From: Candidatus Moraniibacteriota bacterium
GTDB lineage: Bacteria; Patescibacteriota; Minisyncoccia; Moranbacterales; UBA2206
Assembly (NCBI GenBank): GCA_030679985.1
Contig: JAUXSI010000026.1
Span: 1-53,006, forward strand
Length of the DNA stretch: 53,006 nucleotides
Reading direction: 5' to 3'
Of this stretch, positions 1 to 9,807 are shown in pieces; position 1 is the first letter of the stretch, and each line of letters starts with the position of its first letter. The position numbers were made by a program, and so were the translations under genes. Under the pieces are notes generated by a model. It ran no database searches, had not been told where the DNA came from, and saw nothing but the letters and a program-made list of their open reading frames with translations.

Positions 1-3000
1 GTTTCCCATATCTGGTTTTTGCGCGGAGTGCCTTCAAAAATCGGATTGGCCTTGGGAATGAGTCCGCAGGAGTTGGAGAAGGTCATTTATTTTTCCAACT
101 ACATCATCCTGAGCGTGGACGAAGAGGCGCGGGAAAAAGCCCTAGCCCAATTGGAACAGGAATTCAAAGCCAAGCAGAAAGAAATCGCCAAGCTTGATGG
201 CAACGCGAAAGAAAACAAAACGGAAGAATTGAAAGGCGTTTATCGCACTGCCAAAGAAGAGCTTAAGGGATTGCAACGGTTCCAGATCATTTCCGAAGTC
301 GAATATTTCAACCTATCAACCCGGTACGGCCAGGTTTTTTCAGCGAGCATCGGAGCGGAAGCGATCAGAAGAATCTTGGAAAATCTGGATATGAAAGCGG
401 AGATCGAGCTGCTGAAAAAGGATTTGGCCAATGATGAAATCGTCGATAAGAAAAAAATTCTCAAGAGGATCAAGTTGTTCCAAGGATTCATCAATGCCGA
501 ACTCAGATTGGAATGGATGTTGCCGACGGTCATCCCCGTCATCCCGCCGGATTTGCGGCCGATGGTGGCGCTGGACGGAGGCCGGTTCGCGACTTCGGAC
601 TTGAACGACCTATATCGCCGGATTATCAATCGAAACAACCGTTTGCGGAAATTGATCGAGATCGGCGCGCCGGAAGTAATCACTAGGAATGAAAAGAGGA
701 TGTTGCAGGAAGCGGTGGACGCCTTGTTTGACAACAGCGCGCGCCGCGGCCAGGTCAGTGTGACGGCTTCAACCGGACAACGGAGAGCTTTGCGGTCTTT
801 AGCGGATACGCTAAAAGGAAAACAGGGTCGTTTCAGGCAGAATTTACTGGGGAAACGCGTGGATTATTCCGGCCGTTCGGTAATCGTGGTCGGTCCGAAA
901 TTGAAATTGCACCAGTGCGGACTACCTAAGAAGATGGCCTTGGAACTTTTCAAGCCGTTCATCATCAACAAACTTATCGAAAGGGAATTGGCTTACAATG
1001 TCCGCAGCGCGGGTAAGATGGTGGAGAGCGAAAGCGAAGAGGCATATGAAATTTTGGACGAGATTATCTCGCACCACTATGTGATGTTGAACCGCGCTCC
1101 GACCTTGCACAGGCTTTCAATCCAAGCTTTCCAGCCTGTTTTGATCGAGGGTAAGGCTATCCAGCTGCACCCGATGGTTTGTTCGGCTTTTAATGCTGAC
1201 TTTGATGGCGATCAGATGGCGGTGCATGTTCCGCTGACGGACAAAGCCAGATGGGAAAGTGAAAACTTGATGCTTTCCAAACGGAACCTGCTGAAACCGG
1301 CGAGCGGTGAACCGATTATTTCGCCGACCTTGGATATGGTGTTGGGATGTTATTATATTACGCATATCCTGAAGGGCGCCAAAGGTGAAGGCCGGGCCTT
1401 CTCAAGTTTCGATGAGGCGATTATGGCGTATGAGTTGGGACAGGTGGATGTGCGGGCGGCTATCAAGGTTTTGTATGACGGCCAGATATTGGAAACTTCC
1501 GTGGGTAGGATCAAATTGAATGAAATCATTCCGGACGGAATCGAATACGTCAATTATGAGATGACCAAAAAGGAGCTGAAAATGCTCGTGGCAAAGGTTC
1601 TGGAGGTTTGCGGGGCGGAGGAAACGGCGTTGTTCGCTGATGAAATCAAGAATCTCGGATTCGCTTCGGTCACCAAATCCGGAATTTCCTGGGGTATGGA
1701 TGATTTGACTGTTCCTGCGTCAAAGAAGGATATTATGAAAGATGCCGAGGCGGCAGTCGAAGTCATCAAACAGCAGTTCAATATGGGTCTCTTGACGGAA
1801 AGTGAGAGAAAGGGCCAAGTCATCGAAATTTGGAATAACGCCAAAAATAAGATTACGGATGCGGTGCGTGCCGGATTCGACAAGGAAGGCCCAGTATATT
1901 CGATGGTCTATTCCAAGGCCCGGGGTTCTGAATCCGTAGTGGTCCAGATGTCCGGTATGAAAGGTTTGATGGCTGGTCCGACCGGAGAAACTATCGAATT
2001 GCCGATTAAAAGTTGTTTCAAGGAGGGCTTGAACGTATTGGAATATTTCATTTCCACCCATGGCGCCAGAAAGGGTATGGCTGATACCGCCCTTAGGACC
2101 GCGACGGCCGGGTATCTGACCCGAAGATTGGTGGATGTTTCGCAAGATATCATAATCCGCGAGGAGGATTGCAAGGATACTGCCGGTTCGTATTTGTATA
2201 AGGAAGACTCGGATAGGATCGGCCAGAGCTTCGCGACACGGGTCATCGGAAGGGTCGTCATAGACGACATTGCCGATCCGAAGACCGGGGAAATCATCGT
2301 TGAAGCGGGAGCGCTCATCAACAAGAAACAAGGTGAGATGATTGAAAAGGCCAATATCGCCCAAATTAAGATCAGATCCTTGGTGACCTGCAAGACTCCG
2401 CGCGGAGTTTGCCAGAAGTGTTACGGACTTGATCTTGGACGGGGACATCTGGTCCAATTGGGACAGGCAGTCGGAATCGTAGCGGCGCAAGCGATCGGAG
2501 AGCCTGGAACCCAGCTGACGATGCGTACTTTCCACGTCGGAGGCGTGGCCGGAACTGACATCACCCAGGGTCTGCCGCGTGTGGAAGAAATTTTCGAAGC
2601 ACGGCCTCCGAAGGGTGAGGCGGTCATTTCCGAAGTCGACGGCAAGGTGGCGGAAATATCGACCGGTGATAAGACAATCAGTATCAAGATCGAAATGGAG
2701 GGTAAAACCAAGACTGTTAAGGAATATGAAATTCCGTTGGGCAGCACGGTCAAGGTCGCGCAAGGCGATTTGATCGGCAAGGGATCGAAGCTTTCCGAGG
2801 GAAATATCGACCTGAAGAAACTCTATAAGACTATGGGTTGGGAGGCGGTGCACAGGTATATCGTCAAAGAAATCCAGGAAATCTATGCTTCCCAGGGTGA
2901 AGGTATCAATGACAAGCATATTGAAGTCATCATCAAGCAGATGTTCAGCCGGTTGCAGATCATCGAATCCGGCTCGACCAGCTTGATGGGCGGAGACATC

Positions 3001-3267
3001 ATTGAGAAAGACCAATTCAGGGAAGTGAATGTGATTGCCAAGGCGAATGGCGGCGAGCAAGCGACCGGCGAAGAGCTTTTGATGGGAATCACCAAAGTGG
3101 CGCTCTCGACCGAAAGTTTCTTATCAGCGGCTTCCTTCCAGGAAACCGCCCGTGTCCTTATCAATGCGGCGGTCGAAGGCAAAGTCGATCATCTGCGAGG
3201 ACTCAAGGAAAATGTCATCATCGGAAAATTGATTCCAGCCGGAACCGGGTATAGGGAGGCGAAATAA
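1..3267 (+). CDS. rpoC: DNA-directed RNA polymerase beta' subunit (5'-truncated by window edge)
   Basis: Frame open from base 1 (VSHIWFLRGVPSKIG). Catalytic NADFDGDQM, LLGKRVDYSGRSV, GEPGTQLTMRTFH and C-terminal GLKENVIIG motifs. Confidence 0.99.
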   Translation, partial: VSHIWFLRGVPSKIGLALGMSPQELEKVIYFSNYIILSVDEEAREKALAQLEQEFKAKQKEIAKLDGNAKENKTEELKGVYRTAKEELKGLQRFQIISEVEYFNLSTRYGQVFSASIGAEAIRRILENLDMKAEIELLKKDLANDEIVDKKKILKRIKLFQGFINAELRLEWMLPTVIPVIPPDLRPMVALDGGRFATSDLNDLYRRIINRNNRLRKLIEIGAPEVITRNEKRMLQEAVDALFDNSARRGQVSVTASTGQRRALRSLADTLKGKQGRFRQNLLGKRVDYSGRSVIVVGPKLKLHQCGLPKKMALELFKPFIINKLIERELAYNVRSAGKMVESESEEAYEILDEIISHHYVMLNRAPTLHRLSIQAFQPVLIEGKAIQLHPMVCSAFNADFDGDQMAVHVPLTDKARWESENLMLSKRNLLKPASGEPIISPTLDMVLGCYYITHILKGAKGEGRAFSSFDEAIMAYELGQVDVRAAIKVLYDGQILETSVGRIKLNEIIPDGIEYVNYEMTKKELKMLVAKVLEVCGAEETALFADEIKNLGFASVTKSGISWGMDDLTVPASKKDIMKDAEAAVEVIKQQFNMGLLTESERKGQVIEIWNNAKNKITDAVRAGFDKEGPVYSMVYSKARGSESVVVQMSGMKGLMAGPTGETIELPIKSCFKEGLNVLEYFISTHGARKGMADTALRTATAGYLTRRLVDVSQDIIIREEDCKDTAGSYLYKEDSDRIGQSFATRVIGRVVIDDIADPKTGEIIVEAGALINKKQGEMIEKANIAQIKIRSLVTCKTPRGVCQKCYGLDLGRGHLVQLGQAVGIVAAQAIGEPGTQLTMRTFHVGGVAGTDITQGLPRVEEIFEARPPKGEAVISEVDGKVAEISTGDKTISIKIEMEGKTKTVKEYEIPLGSTVKVAQGDLIGKGSKLSEGNIDLKKLYKTMGWEAVHRYIVKEIQEIYASQGEGINDKHIEVIIKQMFSRLQIIESGSTSLMGGDIIEKDQFREVNVIAKANGGEQATGEELLMGITKVALSTESFLSAASFQETARVLINAAVEGKVDHLRGLKENVIIGKLIPAGTGYREAK

Positions 3268-3277
3268 TTTTCAGATA

Positions 3278-3317
3278 TCAACATAAAACCGCTCAGGAAT
3301 GGGCGGTTTTATGTTGA
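3278..3317 (+). terminator. Intrinsic terminator-like hairpin after rpoC
   Basis: Perfect 15-bp inverted repeat TCAACATAAAACCGC / GCGGTTTTATGTTGA. Confidence 0.8.
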
Positions 3318-3342
3318 CAAATTTCTTATTTCGTGCTATGCT
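3314..3342 (+). promoter_or_regulatory. Sigma70-type promoter for the 192-aa gene
   Basis: TTGACA-17 bp-TATGCT with TGn extended -10; the -35 overlaps the rpoC terminator arm. Confidence 0.7.
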
Positions 3343-3505
3343 CGCATATTGATCCTTGAAAATTGAATTGTTCAAAATTCTACGAAACAGCGAAAAGGCG
3401 GTTATTTTTGTTTAGTTTAGGCGTTTTTTGGTTGTTTCGTAGTAAAATAAACCGAGTCGCTGGAAGAGTCCAGCGATCCAAATCAATTATTTCGGGAGAA
3501 AGAAC

Positions 3506-4084
3506 ATGAAGATGACAACTAAACTCGTAGTGGTGATGGTAGCAGTGTTTTTAGGTATTGGAATTGCATTCGCAGGTGATGAATATAATGCGAACACAAA
3601 TATCTTTATATCTCCAAGTGCCGAGAACGCCATAGGCGGTGGCCCTTCTAATATTACTGAGAGTATCATAAATAACGATGGCTTGGAGGTTATAAACGTA
3701 GCCAGTAATGGCGACAAAAAACCGCCAGTTGTAAACAGTTTAAAGATCGAACCTGGAACAATAGATTCGACGGATAGCGATCAGGAGTTGACGCTGACGG
3801 TTGCCATAGAAGATGTTTCTGGTGTATGTGTATCGGGGAATTGCGGTGATTACAACGGCAGTCCCACACAGCTTGCTTTAAAAAATATCGATTCAGATCA
3901 AGTTGCAACTTTCTATGAATTCAAATTGGTCTTTGGAGATTCCAATGATGGAATTTATAGCTCAAAAGTTACAATTAAGAAAGGATCGGCGGCTGGCATA
4001 TGGCGTGTGGATAATATGCTCGTTGTCGATAAATTAGGCAACTATAAGTCTTTGGTTTATGAGGACTTTAAAAAGCAAAAATAA
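3506..4084 (+). CDS. Secreted hypothetical protein with probable Ig-like beta-sandwich
   Basis: N-terminal signal peptide (MKMTTKLVVVMVAVFLGIGIAFA); beta-strand-rich C-terminal half. Confidence 0.75.
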   Translation: MKMTTKLVVVMVAVFLGIGIAFAGDEYNANTNIFISPSAENAIGGGPSNITESIINNDGLEVINVASNGDKKPPVVNSLKIEPGTIDSTDSDQELTLTVAIEDVSGVCVSGNCGDYNGSPTQLALKNIDSDQVATFYEFKLVFGDSNDGIYSSKVTIKKGSAAGIWRVDNMLVVDKLGNYKSLVYEDFKKQK

Positions 4085-4098
4085 CCTAAGCCCTTTGC

Positions 4099-4139
4099 AA
4101 AAGGCGGGTGATTGACTTGGTTCAATCACCCGCTTTTTT
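4099..4139 (+). terminator. Intrinsic terminator containing a CGGGTGA core
   Basis: GCGGGTGATTGA / TCAATCACCCGC 12-bp stem followed by T6. Confidence 0.85.
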
Positions 4140-4242
4140 AATTTTATAGATTCGGGGTATTTATCTGAAAACGACTCTTTTTCTAGACAGCTTTTTGTTT
4201 AAGTAAAAACGTGTTAAAATAGAGAAGTTATAAAGATTACTT

Positions 4243-6651
4243 ATGGGGAGGCCGAAAGGGTCAAAAAATAAGAAACGTATCGAGGATGAGGGCGAGGAAT
4301 CCGGAAAAGCAAGCAGCCGGCTCGAATTCGATATAGCAGGAGATGCCAAAAGGAGCGTTGTGGCTGTTTTTTTGTTCGCGCTGTCCGTAGTGATTTTGCT
4401 GGGATTTTTCGGCCAGGGCGGTATCGTGGGGGAATCGCTGGGCAATGCTACGGCCGTATCGATCGGCTGGGCCAAATGGGTTTTTCCGTTCTTCTTGATC
4501 GTAGCCAGTGTCATATTATTGTTGCGCAAAGAAACTTCTTTTTATATCACTAAGTTGATCGGTTTGGTCTTGACGTTCGTCAGCTTGACCGGGTTTTTCC
4601 ATTGGTTTACTGATGCGGACAAAATGGAAAAAGCGGCCGATGCCGGATCGGGCGGCGGATATCTGGGTTATGCGGTGGCTTACGCAGCTGTCAAATTCAT
4701 GGGCGTGGCGGGCGGGCTAGTCGCGATAATCTCGTTACTTCTGATCGGCATTATCGTTGCTTTCAATTTTTCCATAGTTCATTTCATAGATAGGATGCTA
4801 AGAAGGTCGAAATCAAGGGAGGCTGAAGATATGGAAAATATTCCGATCGAAGAAAGCGTTGATGTTGAAAATGAGGGTATTGACGGGTCCGATGGAAAGT
4901 GGGGGGATGACGAAGTGGAAACCATATCTGAAAAAAGAAGCAAGGAAGACGAGAATATCGGCAGGATCGAATTTGTGGAAGGGCCGGATCGTTATGTGGA
5001 TGAGAAACTTTTCACTGATCTTGCAGGTAATGTTTCCAGCGCGGAAAAAATACCGGTCAAAAACAATAAAAGCAAATCTAAAAAAAATGACTGGAAATTG
5101 CCGCCAGCTGATTTGCTGGAAAAAAATTTGGGGGGGATGGAGAGCGGCGATACGGAAAAAAACGCGGAAATAATTGAAAAAACATTCAAATCTTTCGGTA
5201 TAGATGTCGAACGGGGCGATATTCAGATCGGACCGGCAGTCACCCAATACAGTTTCAAGCCGGCGGTCGGAATCAAAATTTCCAAGATATTGGAATTGAA
5301 CAATAATTTAGCGATGGCTCTGGCCAAACATCCGATTCGTATCGAGGCGCCCATACCCGGTAAATCATTGGTCGGCATCGAGGTTCCGAATGATGTTCCG
5401 GCGAAAGTCAGGCTGAGGAATTTGATCGAGAGTCCGTATTTTAAAATGAAATCGAAAGAGTCAAAGCTTACGTTGGCGTTAGGCGAGGATGTCAGTGGCG
5501 AATATATACTTTCCGATTTGGGCAAGATGCCCCATTTGCTTATCGCCGGATCCACTGGGACGGGAAAATCGGTTTGCGTTAATTCCATAGTTACGACTTT
5601 GTTGTATCAAAATTCCCCGGAAGATTTGAAATTCATCATGGTCGATCCGAAACGCGTAGAGCTTTCCATGTATAGTGGCATTCCTCATTTGCTATCCCCG
5701 GTTATTACGGAAAATAGCAAGGTGGTTAACGCCTTGAAATGGGTGGTGAGTGAGATGGAAAGAAGATATCGTTTATTGCAGGATATGAAATCGCAAAACA
5801 TCGACTCATATCATGACAAGCTAGCTAAGGGTGAAAAAAGAAAATACACAGATCCGGATTCCAAGAATGTGATTGAGGAGCCTATGGAAAAACTGCCCTA
5901 TATCGTCGTGGTCATTGATGAGTTGGCTGAATTGATGATGAGCCATGGCAAGGAAGTTGAGGGAGCCATAGTGCGCGTCGCTCAATTGGCTAGGGCTGTG
6001 GGAATACATTTGATCGTTTCGACGCAACGTCCGGAAGTCAAAATAATCACTGGATTGATTAAGGCCAATATCAACGCGCGGATCGCTCTTAAGGTCAATA
6101 CGCAAGTCGATTCAAGGACGATTTTAGATATGGCTGGAGCGGAGAAACTTTTGGGCAGAGGCGATATGCTTTTTTTGTCAGCGGATTCCCCGAAGACGAA
6201 GCGTATCCAGGGTATATTCCTAAGCGAAGCGGAAGTTAAAAAGGTGGTCAAATTCATCAAAGACCAATATGAAGCCGGGAAGGAAAAACACGGGGAAAAA
6301 ATAGACGAAGGTAATGAAATCGGAATTGCGGAAAGTCCCGACTCGCTGTCCTTCGGCAATGCGGCGCCGCTCAATCTCGACGTCGCGACAGGAGGAGATA
6401 GCGAGGATGATTTGTATGAAGCGGCCAAAGCGGAAGTTGAGAGGGCGGGCAAGGCTTCGGCGTCGCTTTTGCAAAGAAGGTTGCGGGTAGGTTACGCGCG
6501 CGCGGCCAGACTGCTGGATATTTTGGAAGACAAAGGTATCGTCGGTCCGGCGGACGGAGCCAAGCCGCGAGAAGTATATACGGCTGAAAACAAGCCTCAT
6601 TTTGAGGACGCGGATATTGACCAATCCGAAAGGGATAAATGGCAGTTGTAG
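4243..6651 (+). CDS. ftsK: DNA translocase FtsK/SpoIIIE
   Basis: N-terminal 4TM region, Walker A GSTGTGKS, IDELAEL, STQRP, C-terminal gamma domain (ASLLQRRLRVGYARAARL). Confidence 0.97.
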   Translation: MGRPKGSKNKKRIEDEGEESGKASSRLEFDIAGDAKRSVVAVFLFALSVVILLGFFGQGGIVGESLGNATAVSIGWAKWVFPFFLIVASVILLLRKETSFYITKLIGLVLTFVSLTGFFHWFTDADKMEKAADAGSGGGYLGYAVAYAAVKFMGVAGGLVAIISLLLIGIIVAFNFSIVHFIDRMLRRSKSREAEDMENIPIEESVDVENEGIDGSDGKWGDDEVETISEKRSKEDENIGRIEFVEGPDRYVDEKLFTDLAGNVSSAEKIPVKNNKSKSKKNDWKLPPADLLEKNLGGMESGDTEKNAEIIEKTFKSFGIDVERGDIQIGPAVTQYSFKPAVGIKISKILELNNNLAMALAKHPIRIEAPIPGKSLVGIEVPNDVPAKVRLRNLIESPYFKMKSKESKLTLALGEDVSGEYILSDLGKMPHLLIAGSTGTGKSVCVNSIVTTLLYQNSPEDLKFIMVDPKRVELSMYSGIPHLLSPVITENSKVVNALKWVVSEMERRYRLLQDMKSQNIDSYHDKLAKGEKRKYTDPDSKNVIEEPMEKLPYIVVVIDELAELMMSHGKEVEGAIVRVAQLARAVGIHLIVSTQRPEVKIITGLIKANINARIALKVNTQVDSRTILDMAGAEKLLGRGDMLFLSADSPKTKRIQGIFLSEAEVKKVVKFIKDQYEAGKEKHGEKIDEGNEIGIAESPDSLSFGNAAPLNLDVATGGDSEDDLYEAAKAEVERAGKASASLLQRRLRVGYARAARLLDILEDKGIVGPADGAKPREVYTAENKPHFEDADIDQSERDKWQL

Positions 6652-6777
6652 CAGGAGCAGGCTGCCGTACGGCGAGCGTTAAAAGAAAATAAAAAAACAA
6701 TCAAATCCGAAAGCCATCCGGTTCTTGCAATCAAGAAATATTCGCGGATGCCAACTTTTGGATTTTTACTTTAATTT

Positions 6778-7770
6778 ATGCGGGGAGGTTTTGTCAAAAA
6801 AAGTGTGCGTACGTTGACCTTGGGTGAAAAACTTGGGAATCTTCGCAGTGAAAGAAGAATCAGTTTGAATGAGGTTTCGCGAAGTACCCGGATCCAATTA
6901 AAATATCTGGAATATTTGGAAGCGGGAGATTATAGGAGATTGCCGGCGGATGTCTATGTCAAAGGTTTCTTGCGCGGCTACGCCGAATTTCTCGGAGTGG
7001 ATGAAAACATATTGATCCGTTTGTACGAAAAGGAAAAAGGCATCAAAAAAAACCTGGAAAAGGTCGCGGATAACGCATCTGAAAAAAGGGAACATATAAA
7101 TATGTCACCTTTTCTGATTACGCCGAAAATAATCGCGGTCGCTTTGGGCGCGCTGTTTGTTTTCGGCGGATTTCTTTATCTGTATAAGGAAATCGGCGCT
7201 TTCGCCAATACGCCCAAATTGGTGATTCTCAATCCCGGACAAAACGCGGTCGAAGACGGCAATTCGGTGGTCGTGGAGGGGGTTACGGACAAGGACGCCA
7301 AGGTTTTTATCAACAACCAGCCGATATTGGTTTCCGATGAAGGGCGGTTCAGCGAGAGTTTGGCCTTGCAATCTGGCGCCAATGCGATCAGCGTAAAGGC
7401 CGTCAACCGTTTTGATAAGACTAATGTCCAGGATGTAATCGTGCAGTCCAACTATAAAGCTGAACCGCTGGAAAATCCGGTTGAAAACAACCAGGAGGAT
7501 ATTCTGTCGGGACAAGACAAGGTGGCTGTTGATGTGCGGGTAGATCCAGGTCCGGTTTGGATCAGCGTGGAAGCGGATGGCAATCTGGTTTTCAGCGGGA
7601 CGATGCTGGCGGGTGCCGTGCAATCATTTTCAGCTGAAGATAAGATCGTGGTGAATTCTGGCAAGGCGAACGCGACCTATGTCAAATTTGGCGGCAAAGA
7701 TATCGGCGCTTTGGGTGAGGAGGCGGTCTCTATCCGCGGCGTCACGTTTACCCGGGATACGAAATATTAA
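6778..7770 (+). CDS. RodZ-like protein (XRE HTH + TM + extracellular Ig-like/DUF4115-like domains)
   Basis: LGEKL..LR...ISL.EVS..TRI...YLEYLE.G and YVKGFLRGYAEFLG; single TM segment; C-terminal VWISVEADG...SGKA; located after ftsK. Confidence 0.85.
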   Translation: MRGGFVKKSVRTLTLGEKLGNLRSERRISLNEVSRSTRIQLKYLEYLEAGDYRRLPADVYVKGFLRGYAEFLGVDENILIRLYEKEKGIKKNLEKVADNASEKREHINMSPFLITPKIIAVALGALFVFGGFLYLYKEIGAFANTPKLVILNPGQNAVEDGNSVVVEGVTDKDAKVFINNQPILVSDEGRFSESLALQSGANAISVKAVNRFDKTNVQDVIVQSNYKAEPLENPVENNQEDILSGQDKVAVDVRVDPGPVWISVEADGNLVFSGTMLAGAVQSFSAEDKIVVNSGKANATYVKFGGKDIGALGEEAVSIRGVTFTRDTKY

Positions 7771-7790
7771 GAGGCATCGGGAGTGAAAAG

Positions 7791-7799
7791 TTATCCACA
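7791..7799 (+). promoter_or_regulatory. Consensus DnaA box upstream of the recA promoter
   Basis: Exact TTATCCACA, 9 bp upstream of the putative -35. Confidence 0.5.
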
Positions 7800-7808
7800 G
7801 GCCGTAGA

Positions 7809-7837
7809 TTGGCAAAGAATACGCTTAGTGATATAAT
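7809..7837 (+). promoter_or_regulatory. recA promoter
   Basis: TTGGCA-17 bp-TATAAT with TGn extended -10. Confidence 0.75.
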
Positions 7838-7888
7838 ATCATCAAGGGATAGGGAGTATCCCGGATATAAATAATAAAATATAAAAAA

Positions 7889-8908
7889 ATGAAAGAGGAA
7901 AGCAAAAAAACAGGAGAAGCCAACAAGGCCGTGGATACGGTCGTGGATTCGATCAAGGAGAAATTCGGGGAGGGCATAATCATGAAATTGGGGGACGTGA
8001 AAAGGGTCGATATCGAAGCTATCCCGACCGGTTCGGTTTCATTGGACATCGCTTTGGGTATCGGAGGTATCCCGCGCGGCCGCGTGATTGAGATATATGG
8101 TCCTGAATCGTCCGGTAAAACAACGCTGACTTTGCACATCATCGCCAATGCGCAACGGGCTGGCGGCGTGGCGGCCTTTATTGACGCGGAACACGCGCTT
8201 GATCCGGAATACGCCAGAAAAATCGGCGTGAACATCAACGATCTGTTGATTTCGCAACCGGATAATGGCGAGCAAGCCTTGGATATCGTTGATGCCTTGG
8301 TGCTTTCCGGCGCGATCAGTGTGATCGTAGTGGACTCGGTGGCAGCCTTGGTGCCGAGAGCGGAAATCGAAGGCGATATGGGTGACCAGCATATGGGGCG
8401 GCAAGCGAGGCTGATGTCGCAAGCTTTGCGCAAGTTGACTTCGATCGTGGCCAAATCCAATTGCACCGTTATTTTCATCAACCAGATCCGGATGAAAATC
8501 GGGGTGGTATTCGGCAATCCAGAAACGACTACGGGCGGCAACGCTTTGAAATTCTATTCGTCCGTGCGGATCGAAGTGCGCAAGGCGGCGCAGATCAAAA
8601 AGGGCGAAGACATCGTGGGCAATCGCGTGAAGGTGAAGATCGTGAAAAACAAAGTGGCGCCGCCTTTTAAGGCGACGGAGTTTGATATCATGTATAACGA
8701 AGGGATCTCAGCTTCCGGCGATGCGCTCGACACCGCGGTGAAATACGAAGTGGTTGCCAAAAAAGGCAATTCATATGCATTCGGTGAGATTAAATTAGGA
8801 GTCGGACGTGAAGCGGCCAAGCAAGCCATCAAAGATGATCCGAAACTGATTAAGGAAATTACCAAGGAAATCAATAAAAAAATCAAGGAGCTTGAGGCGT
8901 TGGCATAA
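7889..8908 (+). CDS. recA: Recombinase RecA
   Basis: [49 protein letters not shown]. Confidence 0.99.
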   Translation: MKEESKKTGEANKAVDTVVDSIKEKFGEGIIMKLGDVKRVDIEAIPTGSVSLDIALGIGGIPRGRVIEIYGPESSGKTTLTLHIIANAQRAGGVAAFIDAEHALDPEYARKIGVNINDLLISQPDNGEQALDIVDALVLSGAISVIVVDSVAALVPRAEIEGDMGDQHMGRQARLMSQALRKLTSIVAKSNCTVIFINQIRMKIGVVFGNPETTTGGNALKFYSSVRIEVRKAAQIKKGEDIVGNRVKVKIVKNKVAPPFKATEFDIMYNEGISASGDALDTAVKYEVVAKKGNSYAFGEIKLGVGREAAKQAIKDDPKLIKEITKEINKKIKELEALA

Positions 8909-8937
8909 ACCAAAGCGGAGCGCGATACTGTTTCAGT

Positions 8938-9013
8938 TTGACTTTTGCTGCCGTATGGGGTATAATGGGTATATAAGTAAAAAGACGGGTGAATTCCCGC
9001 CTTTTTCTTTTTT
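8938..9013 (+). promoter_or_regulatory. Promoter followed by CGGGTGA hairpin and T tract
   Basis: TTGACT-17 bp-TATAAT (8938-8966), then AAAAAGACGGG-TGAATT-CCCGCCTTTTT and a T-rich run. Confidence 0.7.
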
Positions 9014-9034
9014 TAAATTCTTAATCAATTTTTT

Positions 9035-9790
9035 ATGGATATGGAAAAACAAAATAAAGTCGAGAATCTTGAACCCCCTAGAGATGTCGAAGGTGCTGTG
9101 GATGCCGGCCATAAAGAAAAAAGTTTGGCGGAAATCGGCGCTGCGAGGCGGGAGAGTGTTTTAAATAGCGGCAAAAATATGTTTAGCAGTCTGAAAAACA
9201 AATTTTCTGCTGGTAAGGAATGGCTGGCTAAAAAAATGTCCACTACGGTTGATTATGCTTTTGCAGCTCCGGAGGCGTATCAGAGAGGGAAGGATGCTAT
9301 CGGGGAGGTTTCCGGAAATATTAAAAATACTGTCGGAGAATCAATTGAAGATATAAAATCCGGAGCAAGCGAATTGAGATCGGAAGTCGGCGAGGAAATC
9401 GGCAAGGGCGTTGAATATGTGAAAGGCGGCGTTAGAAATGTCAAAGAAAAAGTGGTCGGCGGCGCCAAAGCTGTAGGTGAGGCCGGATTGGGATTGGGAG
9501 TGGCCGCGATGGAAGGAACAAGAAACAAAGTTAATGAAGTCGTAACATCCGCCGGGGAAAAATATAACGAATTGAAAGGCAGAGGGCAAGCGGCGTATGA
9601 AAATTTAAGAGGAAGTGTCAGAGGCGCTAAAAACAGATTTTCTGAATTCATAAATGCGGCGAAAGAGAAAAAATTAGACGAACAAATCTCCAAACAAGAG
9701 GGTAAAGCGTATGAGGCACGTATGGAAATAAGAAGATTGATGATGGAAAAAAATAAGATAGCCTCAATGCGGGCGGAATACGCGATATAA
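9035..9790 (+). CDS. Hypothetical helical protein with about 11-residue amphipathic repeats (LEA/apolipoprotein-like)
   Basis: 251-aa ORF with its own promoter; repeats such as IGEVSGNIKNT / VGESIEDIKSG / IGKGVEYVKGG. Confidence 0.75.
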   Translation: MDMEKQNKVENLEPPRDVEGAVDAGHKEKSLAEIGAARRESVLNSGKNMFSSLKNKFSAGKEWLAKKMSTTVDYAFAAPEAYQRGKDAIGEVSGNIKNTVGESIEDIKSGASELRSEVGEEIGKGVEYVKGGVRNVKEKVVGGAKAVGEAGLGLGVAAMEGTRNKVNEVVTSAGEKYNELKGRGQAAYENLRGSVRGAKNRFSEFINAAKEKKLDEQISKQEGKAYEARMEIRRLMMEKNKIASMRAEYAI

Positions 9791-9807
9791 ATTTTAAAAA
9801 TAAAAAA

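Noticed and set aside
1720..3060. 446-aa antisense ORF in rpoC, and similar long antisense ORFs (28471-29601, 34215-34979, 36889-37587, 40102-41412, 43201-44220)
   Set aside because: They lie opposite well-supported genes and have no recognisable motifs; consistent with codon-bias shadows.
4006..4014. DnaA-box matches here and at 50160 as a replication origin
   Set aside because: Isolated, inside CDSs, with no box cluster or dnaA/dnaN nearby.
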